Positions 8,684-17,845 of a stretch of DNA of 39,896 nt are shown piece after piece (the first letter of the stretch is position 1; the number at the start of each line of letters is the position of its first letter). The notes under the pieces were generated by a model that saw nothing but the letters and a program-made list of their open reading frames with translations, searched no databases and was not told the origin of the DNA. Source of the stretch: Anaerolineales bacterium. GTDB lineage: Bacteria > Chloroflexota > Anaerolineae > Anaerolineales > UBA6668. A program made the position numbers and the translations under genes. Location: assembly GCA_020630175.1 (NCBI GenBank), contig JAHDBW010000007.1, positions 1 to 39,896 of the forward strand, written 5' to 3'.

Positions 8684-9409
8684 TTATTGGCTAGGTTGCC
8701 CACCAATCGTAATGGGGATAATACAAGGCTCTGGCGCACCACCACTACTGTTATAAACAGTTAGCCGGAAAGCATAGTTACCAGGCTCTTGTAGATCTGC
8801 ATTCCAAGACCCCATTGGGCCACCATCTTCTGAGGTCGATTCATTACCGGTATATACAGTTAGCCAGTTTTCACCCAGTGTAGAAAGTTCAAGCACATAG
8901 AACGCAAAATTATCAATAGCCGCCACGCCCTGCACTTCAACCAGACCAGACACAATTGCACCTGCCAGCGGACTAGTCAACGTTGATTTTGGACTGTCAC
9001 AGCCCGCAGTGGCGTCTACTACCGGCGTTGAGCTGGGCACTGGGGTTGGTGTTTCTAAAATAGGTGCTTCCGTTGCGCCGGGTAATTCAGGCGCAGCTCT
9101 GGTGGCCTCCTCAGTTGGCACGCGGGTTGGAAATTCCGTTGGAAAAGCGTCTGCCAAATTGAAGACATCAAGTGCCGCTGGCGTGGTGACAATCAACAGC
9201 GCGCTAATACAAGAAATTACAATTAACAACGCTGATAACGCAATTGCACGATTCGCAGACGCCGTCTCCCGTTCTAGTCCATATGCGCTGGCGGCGTAAC
9301 GCCTGCCCCAATGGAACAAGCCGCGCACATACCATAGGCCAATCAAGGCCAATATGCCCACGACATAATAACGAAATTCAACGACGAGCCGAACAATTTG
9401 TTGAGTCAA
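8684..9409 (-). CDS. Membrane-anchored protein with Pro/Thr linker and Ig-like C-terminal domain
   Basis: Two TM segments, a PTEFPT...TPTP linker, and a beta-rich domain bracketed by two Cys (GCDSP...LTSP..G..VSG.VEV.G...GSWN...PGNYAFRLTV...PC). Confidence 0.7.
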   Translation of the reverse strand: MTQQIVRLVVEFRYYVVGILALIGLWYVRGLFHWGRRYAASAYGLERETASANRAIALSALLIVISCISALLIVTTPAALDVFNLADAFPTEFPTRVPTEEATRAAPELPGATEAPILETPTPVPSSTPVVDATAGCDSPKSTLTSPLAGAIVSGLVEVQGVAAIDNFAFYVLELSTLGENWLTVYTGNESTSEDGGPMGSWNADLQEPGNYAFRLTVYNSSGGAPEPCIIPITIGGQPSQ

Positions 9410-9473
9410 AGGATGTATGTTCCCGGAAGTATTTGGTCTACCTGCCGCTGAAGGCAGGTGTTACGGATGCTAA

Positions 9474-10313
9474 TTAGATGTCAAGCCGCGCTAATAACGT
9501 TTGCAATAAGCGCGTCAGATTTGGTGCAATTACTTTGCCCGCCTCAATCACTTCTTCATGATTTGGGGCGTCGCCGTCCCCTAAATTACAGATGTTGGTT
9601 ACCCCTGAAAAGCCCAGCACACGCATGCCAGCATGGACAGCCGTCACCACTTCATGCGTAGTAGACATTCCCACTGCATCAGCACCAACAGCCTGTAAAA
9701 AACGGATTTCAGCAATCGTTTCATACGTTGGGCCAGAAAGCGCCATGTAAACGCCTTTTTGCATTGTCAGCGCTAGTTCGTCTGCTACAACGGTTGCTAG
9801 GCTCCGCAACTGCGGATCATAAGCATCTGTCATACTTGGGAAACGCGGGCCAAATTCTGGCACATTAGGCCCAAACAACGGATTTTGCCCAATCATGCCC
9901 GGCAGGTTGATATGGTCATCAATTAACATGATATCGCCTACAGAAAAGCTTTGGTTGACGCCACCCGCCGCATTCGTAATGATCATCATCTCAACGCCCA
10001 ACAGCTTCATGACCCGCACTGGTAGCCCAACTTGCTGCATCGTGTAGCCTTCATAAAAATGCGAACGGCCTTGCATCACAATAACATCGTGACCAGCCAA
10101 CTTGCCAATTACCAAGCGCCCCGAATGCCCTTCAACGGTTGAAACAGGCCAATTGGGCAGCTCTCCGTATGGGATGTAAATCGCATCTTCCACCGCGTCT
10201 GCTAACGGCCCTAAGCCGGAGCCTAAAATCATGCCAATGCGTGGCGCAATGGAAATTCGGCTTTGGATTGCTGCGGCTGTTTCTTGATAATCTGCAAGTG
10301 AAAAATAAGTCAT
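9474..10313 (-). CDS. punA: Purine-nucleoside phosphorylase (trimeric PunA/XapA type)
   Basis: ILGSGLG, STVEGHSG, QGRSHFYEG, TNAAGG, GPTYETIAE, GADAVGMST and NHEEV. Confidence 0.95.
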   Translation of the reverse strand: MTYFSLADYQETAAAIQSRISIAPRIGMILGSGLGPLADAVEDAIYIPYGELPNWPVSTVEGHSGRLVIGKLAGHDVIVMQGRSHFYEGYTMQQVGLPVRVMKLLGVEMMIITNAAGGVNQSFSVGDIMLIDDHINLPGMIGQNPLFGPNVPEFGPRFPSMTDAYDPQLRSLATVVADELALTMQKGVYMALSGPTYETIAEIRFLQAVGADAVGMSTTHEVVTAVHAGMRVLGFSGVTNICNLGDGDAPNHEEVIEAGKVIAPNLTRLLQTLLARLDI

Positions 10314-10334
10314 AGTCTCATCTGTATAAAAGGG

Positions 10335-10847
10335 TTAGTCTGGCGTCGGCGCGGCCTCTCGCGTCGCGCGCTGCACAAACGATAGAAATTGCCCAAGGGT
10401 CAACATGAGCATGGCAATAACGCCAATCAGCGGCCAAAAGCCGAGTTCAATTATAACGAGTTGTGCCAACGCTAACAGCCCTAGGCTGACACCAATCACA
10501 CCGGCTAAAAACTGCACATGGTAACGCAGCGCTTGCGGCCTAGGTTCATACTCCGCTTGCGCCAAAAATGCGCCTAGATCCCACGTAATCAGGCTCAGCA
10601 CCGCAACCGTCAACGGCAGCTGATGTGGATTTCGGAACGCAATTAGACCCGCCGCAATCCCGACCAACACTAAGAAGCAAGCCGAATTGCCCCACGGCTT
10701 ACGATACCAAATACTCGCGCCCCACCCAACGCCGATTAAGGCAACAGTGGCCGCCCACATTGGTAAAGAGCGCTGGAAGCACATCCAGATGGCAACCCCA
10801 ATAGTAATCACCCACGCACACCAAAAGAACGCTTGTTTACGACTCAT
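10335..10847 (-). CDS. Hypothetical polytopic membrane protein
   Basis: About 6 hydrophobic segments with a WDLG motif. The ATG at 10847 overlaps the DUF58 stop codon (ATGA coupling). Confidence 0.7.
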   Translation of the reverse strand: MSRKQAFFWCAWVITIGVAIWMCFQRSLPMWAATVALIGVGWGASIWYRKPWGNSACFLVLVGIAAGLIAFRNPHQLPLTVAVLSLITWDLGAFLAQAEYEPRPQALRYHVQFLAGVIGVSLGLLALAQLVIIELGFWPLIGVIAMLMLTLGQFLSFVQRATREAAPTPD

Positions 10848-12100
10848 AACGCTCTCAACTGCCGCCGATTGAGCTGCTGTGCAAGTGGCTGGCGCACATC
10901 CCAATCAATCACTTGCGCACCGGCTTGTAATATTTTTTTGAACAATAGCCGGCGCTCTAAGGTTGCCAGCACTACACTTTGCTCTAAGTGGGCATCTTGC
11001 GGCAAGAATTGCGTCTCAAATGCAATAGGGCTTGGCGAAACAACCAGCACTTTATAGCCAATGCCCCGCAAGCGGGCCACCATTTCAATGTCATCTGTCC
11101 AAAATGGACTCACAAAGACCAGTTGCGAATTACGCGGAAATAATTGCGTCGGAATGTTTTTCAACATATCAAAGACTTGGCTGTCGCCCGTTTTAGCAGT
11201 GGATAGCGCATTTAGAATTCGCAAGCGCTGCTGCTTGCCATAGCCCGGAAAGGTCCAGCTAATTAGCCGCCCATACTGTAACAGGCCAACCCGGTTGCCG
11301 TCCCGGCTATACGCATCGGCCAGCGCACCTGCCGCCAGCACAGAGTATTCAAATAATGACTCGCCACCAATTGCAAACGCACTGCGCGCCCGCGCATCTA
11401 GAATGATGCCCACATCCGCAACGCGTTCTTGCTCAAAGGCATTGGTATACATCCGCTGTGTGCCCTTAGAACTCAACCGCCAATTGATATGCCGCCGACT
11501 ATCGCCGGGCTGAAAGTCGCGCACGCCAAAGAACTCTACGCCAGAGCCCGCCGTTTGCGCCCGAATATTGCCCGCATAAACCAAGGTGTTGCGCGGCTGA
11601 ATTGGCGGTGCTTTGACTTGTTCAATGTTTGGCTGAACTAAAAGCTGTGCCGGAATTGCAACCGTTTGCGTGCGCTGGATAAGGCCTAGCGGATCGCTAT
11701 ATTGCAATGTAACTGGGCTAAGTTCAACTTGCCCGCGGGCGGGGTGTATTCGATAGGAGAGCGTCTGCGTTTGTCCGGCAAACAATGTTCCACGCCAGCG
11801 CCAATTGGCAGCCTCAGTTCCCATCTGCTGGCCTAACTGATCTGAGAAGACCACGTTTGCCAGCGTTTTACCCGTATTGCTTACCGTCACCGTGCAGTCT
11901 ACGGGATCACCCGCAAACACGCGCGTACTTGATAGCGTCCGCGTAATTACAACCTCTGCTTTAGCAGGCATCCACAAAACGCCAACCAGTAAATACACCA
12001 CAAGCGGAATGATCAGCAGCAGGATCTTGCCCTGCAAAGAAATCAAAGCGGCGATTACCAGGGCCGCAATAAGCACGCCCAACACCATAAAGCGCTGCAT
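10844..12100 (-). CDS. DUF58 domain protein (MoxR-associated, VWA-like)
   Basis: N-terminal TM pair, GSGVEFFGVRDFQPGDSRRHINWRLS, IILDAR and GNRVGLL. Confidence 0.9.
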   Translation of the reverse strand: MQRFMVLGVLIAALVIAALISLQGKILLLIIPLVVYLLVGVLWMPAKAEVVITRTLSSTRVFAGDPVDCTVTVSNTGKTLANVVFSDQLGQQMGTEAANWRWRGTLFAGQTQTLSYRIHPARGQVELSPVTLQYSDPLGLIQRTQTVAIPAQLLVQPNIEQVKAPPIQPRNTLVYAGNIRAQTAGSGVEFFGVRDFQPGDSRRHINWRLSSKGTQRMYTNAFEQERVADVGIILDARARSAFAIGGESLFEYSVLAAGALADAYSRDGNRVGLLQYGRLISWTFPGYGKQQRLRILNALSTAKTGDSQVFDMLKNIPTQLFPRNSQLVFVSPFWTDDIEMVARLRGIGYKVLVVSPSPIAFETQFLPQDAHLEQSVVLATLERRLLFKKILQAGAQVIDWDVRQPLAQQLNRRQLRAL

Positions 12101-12103
12101 CGG

Positions 12104-13060
12104 TTATTGTTTTAGCACTGGCACGGGGACGGTTTTAACAACTTCGGCCACAACGGTTTCAGCAGCATTCTTGCGCATCCAAAAGTCAGGCTCTAACACC
12201 AGCCGGTGCGACAGCGCTTCGACCGCAAAGTGCTTAATATCATCTGGCACAACATAGTCGCGGTTGTTGAGTGCTGCATATGCGCGCGAGAGTTTGAGCA
12301 ACGCCAATGATCCGCGTGGGCTAGCCCCCACCAACACGCGTCGATCGGCACGCGTGGCAGCAACCAAATCAACAATATAGCGCTCTAGATCTGGGTCAAT
12401 GTGTACGGTTTCGATGAGCGCTTGCAGCGCCGTAAAGTCGGCCACGCTCGAGAGTTGCGTCAGTGAGAACGCATCTTTTTGACGCGTGATGCGGCTATGC
12501 AAAATCGCGACTTCTTGCGCTAAAGACGGATACCCCACCGAAAGCTTGAGCAGGAACCGATCTAACTGCGCTTCAGGCAGCGGGAACGTGCCTTCGTACT
12601 CTACCGGGTTTTGCGTTGCAATTACTAAGAAGGGCTTAGGCAAGGCATAAGTTTCCGTTTCTAGCGTAACTTGCTTCTCTTGCATTGCTTCTAGCAAAGA
12701 AGATTGCGTTTTGGGTGCCGCGCGGTTGATTTCATCAGCCAAGACGATATTGGCAAACACGGGCCCTTTGCGTAAAACAAACGCGTTTTCATTGCGGTCA
12801 AACACATAGCCGCCGGTAATATCGCCCGGCAACAAATCTGGCGTAAACTGAATCCGTTTGAAGGACGCGCCTAAGACCGTTGCCAAGCTGTTTGCCAGCA
12901 GCGTCTTACCTAAGCCGGGCAGATCTTCTAGCAATACATGCCCATCGGCAAGGAACGCCGCCAGCACCTTTTCAATCACAACGGCTTTCCCAACAATTGC
13001 TTTTGAGACTTCAGCAGTAATGCTGGCACCAAACTCAGCTACAGGTTGAATGGATGACAT
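12104..13060 (-). CDS. moxR: MoxR proper AAA+ ATPase
   Basis: GHVLLEDLPGLGKT, RIQFTPDLLPGDITG, LADEINRAAPKTQSSLLEAMQE, ATQNPVEYEGTFPLPEAQLDRF and GASPRG. Confidence 0.95.
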   Translation of the reverse strand: MSSIQPVAEFGASITAEVSKAIVGKAVVIEKVLAAFLADGHVLLEDLPGLGKTLLANSLATVLGASFKRIQFTPDLLPGDITGGYVFDRNENAFVLRKGPVFANIVLADEINRAAPKTQSSLLEAMQEKQVTLETETYALPKPFLVIATQNPVEYEGTFPLPEAQLDRFLLKLSVGYPSLAQEVAILHSRITRQKDAFSLTQLSSVADFTALQALIETVHIDPDLERYIVDLVAATRADRRVLVGASPRGSLALLKLSRAYAALNNRDYVVPDDIKHFAVEALSHRLVLEPDFWMRKNAAETVVAEVVKTVPVPVLKQ

Positions 13061-13075
13061 AAAAGGCGAGTGCTC

Positions 13076-13690
13076 CTAATTAATACGGTCGGCTAGGTAG
13101 GCCGTGATCTGCTGTAGCTCTGCATCAGAAAGCGCTGCAGTGGCTGTTCGCGAGCGGGCTAATCCGGCGGCCAGTTTTTTTTGTAATGCAACTGGCAAGT
13201 TGAGGTCATGATTTCTAAGACGCGCTTTGGCAGCGGCATCACTAATTTGATCGTCCTGCGCGACGGTTTCGACAACTAACGCAGCAACGCTTTGTGTCAC
13301 TTTCCATTGCGCATACCGATCGCCTTGGTTCGCAGTAAAGCGGCTGTGCCATTTCCCTAAGGGACCCAGTGGCGGCTGTGTGTAGTCAACGCCGTCTAAA
13401 TCTAAGGTTGGGCGTGAATACAGCGCAGCGCCTAACGCCAAGGCACAGCTTAAAACAACATAGATCCAAATCACAGGTTGCGGCGCATAGTTAGCGCCCT
13501 GCACCAATCCCCAAGCAATGTTTAACACCGGCCCAAACACTTGCCGAATCGTAGGCAAAAGCGCCTCACGCAGCGGCGGTATTAGGTAAATTAGAATAAT
13601 GCCACCACAGATGGTAATGACCCCACGCCGAATATTACGTAAGATGCGCTGCTGGCGCGAATATTCAGTTGTAGCGGTTGGCTTAAACAT
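13076..13690 (-). CDS. Hypothetical membrane protein, first gene of the MoxR/DUF58 operon
   Basis: 204-aa ORF with 2 TM segments, an SD-like GAGGGG and an upstream promoter. Ends 15 nt before moxR. Confidence 0.7.
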   Translation of the reverse strand: MFKPTATTEYSRQQRILRNIRRGVITICGGIILIYLIPPLREALLPTIRQVFGPVLNIAWGLVQGANYAPQPVIWIYVVLSCALALGAALYSRPTLDLDGVDYTQPPLGPLGKWHSRFTANQGDRYAQWKVTQSVAALVVETVAQDDQISDAAAKARLRNHDLNLPVALQKKLAAGLARSRTATAALSDAELQQITAYLADRIN

Positions 13691-13721
13691 CCGTTGCGCC
13701 CCTCAGAACTAAGATAGCCTG

Positions 13722-13751
13722 ATTATAATCGTTGCCCTTTGCAGATTTCAA
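13722..13751 (-). promoter_or_regulatory. Sigma70-type promoter of the MoxR/DUF58 operon
   Basis: TTGAAA-N18-TATAAT on the minus strand, directly after the rpoD terminator. Confidence 0.65.
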
Positions 13752-13767
13752 AATACGCCCTTAAATC

Positions 13768-13800
13768 AAAAGCGACCAACCATAAAATGGCTGATCGCTT
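13768..13800 (-). terminator. Rho-independent terminator of rpoD
   Basis: Minus strand AAGCGATCAGCCAT-TTT-ATGGTTGGTCGCTT-TT. The mismatches resolve as G-U pairs only on the minus strand. Confidence 0.75.
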
Positions 13801-13826
13801 GTTTCAATAGCTGGTTGCGTTTACAA

Positions 13827-15473
13827 CTATCCTAGATAGTCACGCAGTTGGCGGCTACGCGTTGGATGGCGCAGTTTCCGCAGCGCTTTGGCTTCAATTT
13901 GGCGGATGCGTTCACGCGTGACTTCAAAATGACGGCCAACTTCTTCTAACGTGTGGTCTTTACCGTCACGGAGCCCAAAGCGCAGCTCTAGCACTTCACG
14001 CTCACGGTCTGTTAGCACGCTTAGCGCGTCTTTGACCTGCGTCTTGAGCAACTCACGGTTCGCTGCGTCGGCAGGCACTGGCGCGTTGTCATCTGGAATG
14101 AATTCACCAAGTTGACTTGAGTCTTCTGACCCAACCGGCGATTCAAGTGACATTGGCTCTTGGGCAATCCGCAGAATTTTACGCACTTTGTTTGCGCCAC
14201 GGGTCAAAGACCGCGTGTATTCTTCTGGCATTGGCGCTTCAGCTTTCATCAGTTTGCGGATTTCTTCCACCTGATCCGCTGGGATCATGTCCATATCTAA
14301 CGCAACTTCTTCCGGAGTTGGGTCGCGTCCTAGCGTTTGCACAAGGCCCCGTTGAATGCGCATCAGGCGGTTGATTGTTTCAACCATGTGCACTGGAATG
14401 CGGATTGTACGCGCCTGATCAGCAATCGCCCGACTAATCGCTTGGCGAATCCACCAAGTGGCGTAGGTGCTGAATTTGTAGCCACGCGTTGCGTCAAATT
14501 TTTCAACCGCGCGTAACAGGCCGATATTGCCTTCTTGAATAAGGTCAAGGAAGTTGATACCACGGCCAATGTAACGTTTTGCAACACTCACAACCAAGCG
14601 CAAGTTCGCCCGGATCAGCGCTTTCGCGGCTTCGTCAGCGCGGAACGCAATGTGTTCAAAATCGTCTTTAATATCTAGATCATCTGGAATCAGCGTTGAG
14701 ACATAGTCAGACTTTACCAGCGTGTTTTTAGCCGATTGCGTCTTGAGAATTTCACGGCGCATCCGGGCTGGCAAGCTGTAGTAGTTGCGATACACAATGA
14801 ATAATTGCTCTGCAACCACGTTCCACGTCTTATCAGACCCCCAACGGCCAGTGTCTAGCCATTGGCGCACATATGAGGTGCCATCCGCGTCCCAGTGACG
14901 GCGTAAATCGATAGCGTCTAGCCAGATTTCGCGCAAGACTGGTGGTTCTTTTTCAAAATTGGGGAGCTCTTCTAGAAGTTTTTCCCAAGCTTGTTCTACT
15001 TCAACCCACAGCGTTTGGACAATGTCTTGCCCCGACAGCTCTTCGTCTTCACTAAGTGCTTTGATATGGTCTTGTGCATCAATTGCGGCAGATAGCCAAA
15101 ATTCTTGCGTCGACTTTAGCAGCTTGACGCGCCCGATTTCCTTAAGGTACATCCGCACCGGGTCATCGGCCATTTCAAACTGTAATTGTCGGCCACCGCT
15201 ATCGTCGTCTTCGTCTTCAGTCGTTCGCTTTTTTGGCTTCCGCCCACGCTTAGACTTCGGCTTTTCCACAATAGCTGCTGCCGCAACTTCATCATCATCT
15301 AATAACGACTCAATTTCCTCGTCATCTTCTGAAACGTCTTCATCAACTAATTCGTCTTCATCTGGCGTTAAATCAGCCAACTGAGACTGCTTAGCACGCA
15401 ATTCAGATGTTTGTAAAATTTGGTTAACGATTTTTGTAGTTTCGTCAGTTTCGGGTTTTGTGAGTTTTGCCAT
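13827..15473 (-). CDS. rpoD: Primary RNA polymerase sigma factor SigA/RpoD
   Basis: [51 protein letters not shown] and [28 protein letters not shown]. Lies downstream of dnaG. Confidence 0.97.
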   Translation of the reverse strand: MAKLTKPETDETTKIVNQILQTSELRAKQSQLADLTPDEDELVDEDVSEDDEEIESLLDDDEVAAAAIVEKPKSKRGRKPKKRTTEDEDDDSGGRQLQFEMADDPVRMYLKEIGRVKLLKSTQEFWLSAAIDAQDHIKALSEDEELSGQDIVQTLWVEVEQAWEKLLEELPNFEKEPPVLREIWLDAIDLRRHWDADGTSYVRQWLDTGRWGSDKTWNVVAEQLFIVYRNYYSLPARMRREILKTQSAKNTLVKSDYVSTLIPDDLDIKDDFEHIAFRADEAAKALIRANLRLVVSVAKRYIGRGINFLDLIQEGNIGLLRAVEKFDATRGYKFSTYATWWIRQAISRAIADQARTIRIPVHMVETINRLMRIQRGLVQTLGRDPTPEEVALDMDMIPADQVEEIRKLMKAEAPMPEEYTRSLTRGANKVRKILRIAQEPMSLESPVGSEDSSQLGEFIPDDNAPVPADAANRELLKTQVKDALSVLTDREREVLELRFGLRDGKDHTLEEVGRHFEVTRERIRQIEAKALRKLRHPTRSRQLRDYLG

Positions 15474-15499
15474 TCGTTATATGTATATCAACGCGCAGA

Positions 15500-15536
15500 A
15501 TTTAGAGGACTCTAAATCCAGCCGTATAACATTATA
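15500..15536 (-). promoter_or_regulatory. Candidate rpoD -10 box followed by a 5'-UTR palindrome
   Basis: TATAAT at 15536-15531 and ATTTAGAG-GA-CTCTAAAT at 15500-15517. Confidence 0.45.
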
Positions 15537-15813
15537 GAAATTTTTATTAAATAAGACGCTGGAATGTCTTTGCGGCCCTGATGTCACGCATCAGGTTGTT
15601 GTGTGTGTCAATTATCCCTATAGAACATCAGCACTGCATAAGCGTTTGCTGTTAAATCTACGATTAGGACGATTGAACTTACAATCATAGGGCTTTCGTG
15701 CGATTACGCAAGTAAAAGCCGCTTGATCTTAGAAATTTATTACAGCGAGCTAAAGTCTGTAGTTTCAATTAACGCTCTACGCACGTTTTTTCCGGCGCGG
15801 ACACATTAGCCGT

Positions 15814-17754
15814 TTACTGACTTTTCCAAGGTTGCTTGCTAAGCGCGCGCTGAATTCGCGCCAATGCAGAAATCTGTGCAACGATCTCTGTCTGATAGAC
15901 ACCAGCCATTTCGTCATCGTCACTTTGTGCATCAAGCTGCAAAAAACGGAGCTCATTCAGCCATCGGTTGATGTTCTGCTGCCTTACCCGCAGCACTGTT
16001 TCACCAAGGTTCCGCTGGCGCATTTCTGAGTGCAAATCAATGTCAGCTAGAGTATCTACCAAACGTTGATAACGGTCTAGTAAGAAATCATCTAAATTGT
16101 CTTGGATAAAATCTGTTGGCATTGCCGTATCTTGCCGCAATGAGGCCGAGACTGCATCCAACAAAAGTTGTAATTCTGTGTCTGCAAAGTCTTCTGTTGC
16201 GAGTGGCGCGAGACCAATCTCACGCAAGCGCCGATCAATCCCGGGCAATAGCTCTGGCTGGACTAACAAACACGCCATGCAGTAACGCTGCGCCCCAGTC
16301 GAATGATCGTTGGCGGCTGGCGCTGGCCGATCTGGCAAGAGTTGCGTGCTGGGCGTTAGCTTCGGCTCTTTACGCGACTTCCACTTGTCTTTCCCTTTGG
16401 ATTGCTTCGGTGCGGCGGCTGGCGGCTTAACATCGGGGAAAAGCACGCGTTCGTCTAAGCGCAGCACGGTTGCTAAGCGCTGGCGATAGGTACCCTGCTC
16501 AATTGGGTGCGCAACATCATTGATCAGCGGCATGATGGCGTCTGAGATTTCGCTTTTGACTTTGGGGTCACTCAAGTCGCGATCTTTGGTCAGCACATCG
16601 ATCATGTAATCCACAACCGATTGCGCCTCATCAATCAGCGTTTCCCATTCTTTCGGATCTTTCTGAATCAGATCATCCGGATCAAGCCCCTCTGGCAGTG
16701 GCGCAACGCGAATATCAAGCTTGAGTTGCCCATCGGTGCGCACCAGCCCGCGCGGGTCAAAGGCCATTTCACGGTCACCCGACTCGCGAGCAACTTCAAC
16801 GCCTTTCAACGTGGCTTTGTGTCCAGCGGCATCAGCATCTAGTGCCAACACCAACTGCCGCGCATAACGCTTGATCTGGCTCATTTGCCGATCTGTCAGC
16901 GCAGTCCCCATTGAACAGACCACGTTTTCATAGCCTGCCTGATGGGCGCTAATCACGTCCAAATAGCCTTCAACCAACACTGCTTTGCCATCTACGCGGA
17001 TTGGCTTGCGGGCTTTGTCTAAGCCATAGAGCGTCCGGCCTTTATCAAACAGCGCATTTTGCGGCGAGTTGAGATATTTAGGTTCGTCTTGCGGATCAAT
17101 GGACCGCGCCCCAAAGCCAACCATGCGGCCTCGGTCATCGCGAATAGGGATCATCAACCGATTGCGAAAACGGTCGTATATCCGGCCAGATTCTGGGTTC
17201 TTTGTGGCCAGGCCAACCTCAACCAAATCATCTGGCGTGTAGCCAAAGTCGGCGAGGTACGTAATTAGGGCATCCCAGCTTTTGAGGGAGAAGCCAATTT
17301 CAAAGTGTGCAGCGGTCTCTGGGGAGAGGCCCCGGTTGGCAACATACTCGCGCGCGGCGGCGGCTAAATTACTTTTATTGAATAAATGCTGATAGTAACC
17401 AACGGTCTTATCTAGCGCGTCACGCAGGCGATCTTTTTCTTCGGTCTTCTTTTGCTGTTCTGGCGAGCGTTCTTCAAGGACAACGCCGGTAATCTTTGCC
17501 AGATATTGCAGCGTCTCTTTGAAGTCCCAGCCTTCCTTTTTCATCAGGAAGGAGAAAATATCGCCGTTTTCGTTACAAGCGCCAAAACATTTCCAGTACC
17601 CAGTATCGGGCCAAACTACAAACGCGGGCGTGTTTTTATTATCGTGAAAGGGACAAAAGCCAGAGTAAGACGCACCCGACCGGCGCAGTTGAACCGTCTG
17701 CCCGATGATATCGAGCACGTCAACGCGGTCTTTGATTTCTTGAACGCTGGACAT
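15814..17754 (-). CDS. dnaG: DNA primase
   Basis: Zinc finger CPFH...CFGAC, DRFRNRLMIPI, GFGAR, PKYLNSPQ, VEGYLDV, LALDADAAG and DPDD. Confidence 0.97.
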   Translation of the reverse strand: MSSVQEIKDRVDVLDIIGQTVQLRRSGASYSGFCPFHDNKNTPAFVVWPDTGYWKCFGACNENGDIFSFLMKKEGWDFKETLQYLAKITGVVLEERSPEQQKKTEEKDRLRDALDKTVGYYQHLFNKSNLAAAAREYVANRGLSPETAAHFEIGFSLKSWDALITYLADFGYTPDDLVEVGLATKNPESGRIYDRFRNRLMIPIRDDRGRMVGFGARSIDPQDEPKYLNSPQNALFDKGRTLYGLDKARKPIRVDGKAVLVEGYLDVISAHQAGYENVVCSMGTALTDRQMSQIKRYARQLVLALDADAAGHKATLKGVEVARESGDREMAFDPRGLVRTDGQLKLDIRVAPLPEGLDPDDLIQKDPKEWETLIDEAQSVVDYMIDVLTKDRDLSDPKVKSEISDAIMPLINDVAHPIEQGTYRQRLATVLRLDERVLFPDVKPPAAAPKQSKGKDKWKSRKEPKLTPSTQLLPDRPAPAANDHSTGAQRYCMACLLVQPELLPGIDRRLREIGLAPLATEDFADTELQLLLDAVSASLRQDTAMPTDFIQDNLDDFLLDRYQRLVDTLADIDLHSEMRQRNLGETVLRVRQQNINRWLNELRFLQLDAQSDDDEMAGVYQTEIVAQISALARIQRALSKQPWKSQ

Positions 17755-17763
17755 GGAGGAAGC

Positions 17764-17841
17764 GGTGTCAGGTGTCAGCCATCAGCAATCAGCGTGGCGG
17801 TAAGCCTCCGGGCTGATTGCTGACTACTAACACCTGAGTGC
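17764..17841. repeat. Inverted heptamer arrays forming a 26-bp imperfect hairpin
   Basis: ggtgtca-ggtgtca-gccatca-gcaatca-gc ... gc-tgattgc-tgactac-taacacc-tgagtgc. Arms 17768-17793 and 17812-17837 pair at 22 of 26 positions. Confidence 0.75.
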
Positions 17842-17845
17842 CGAT

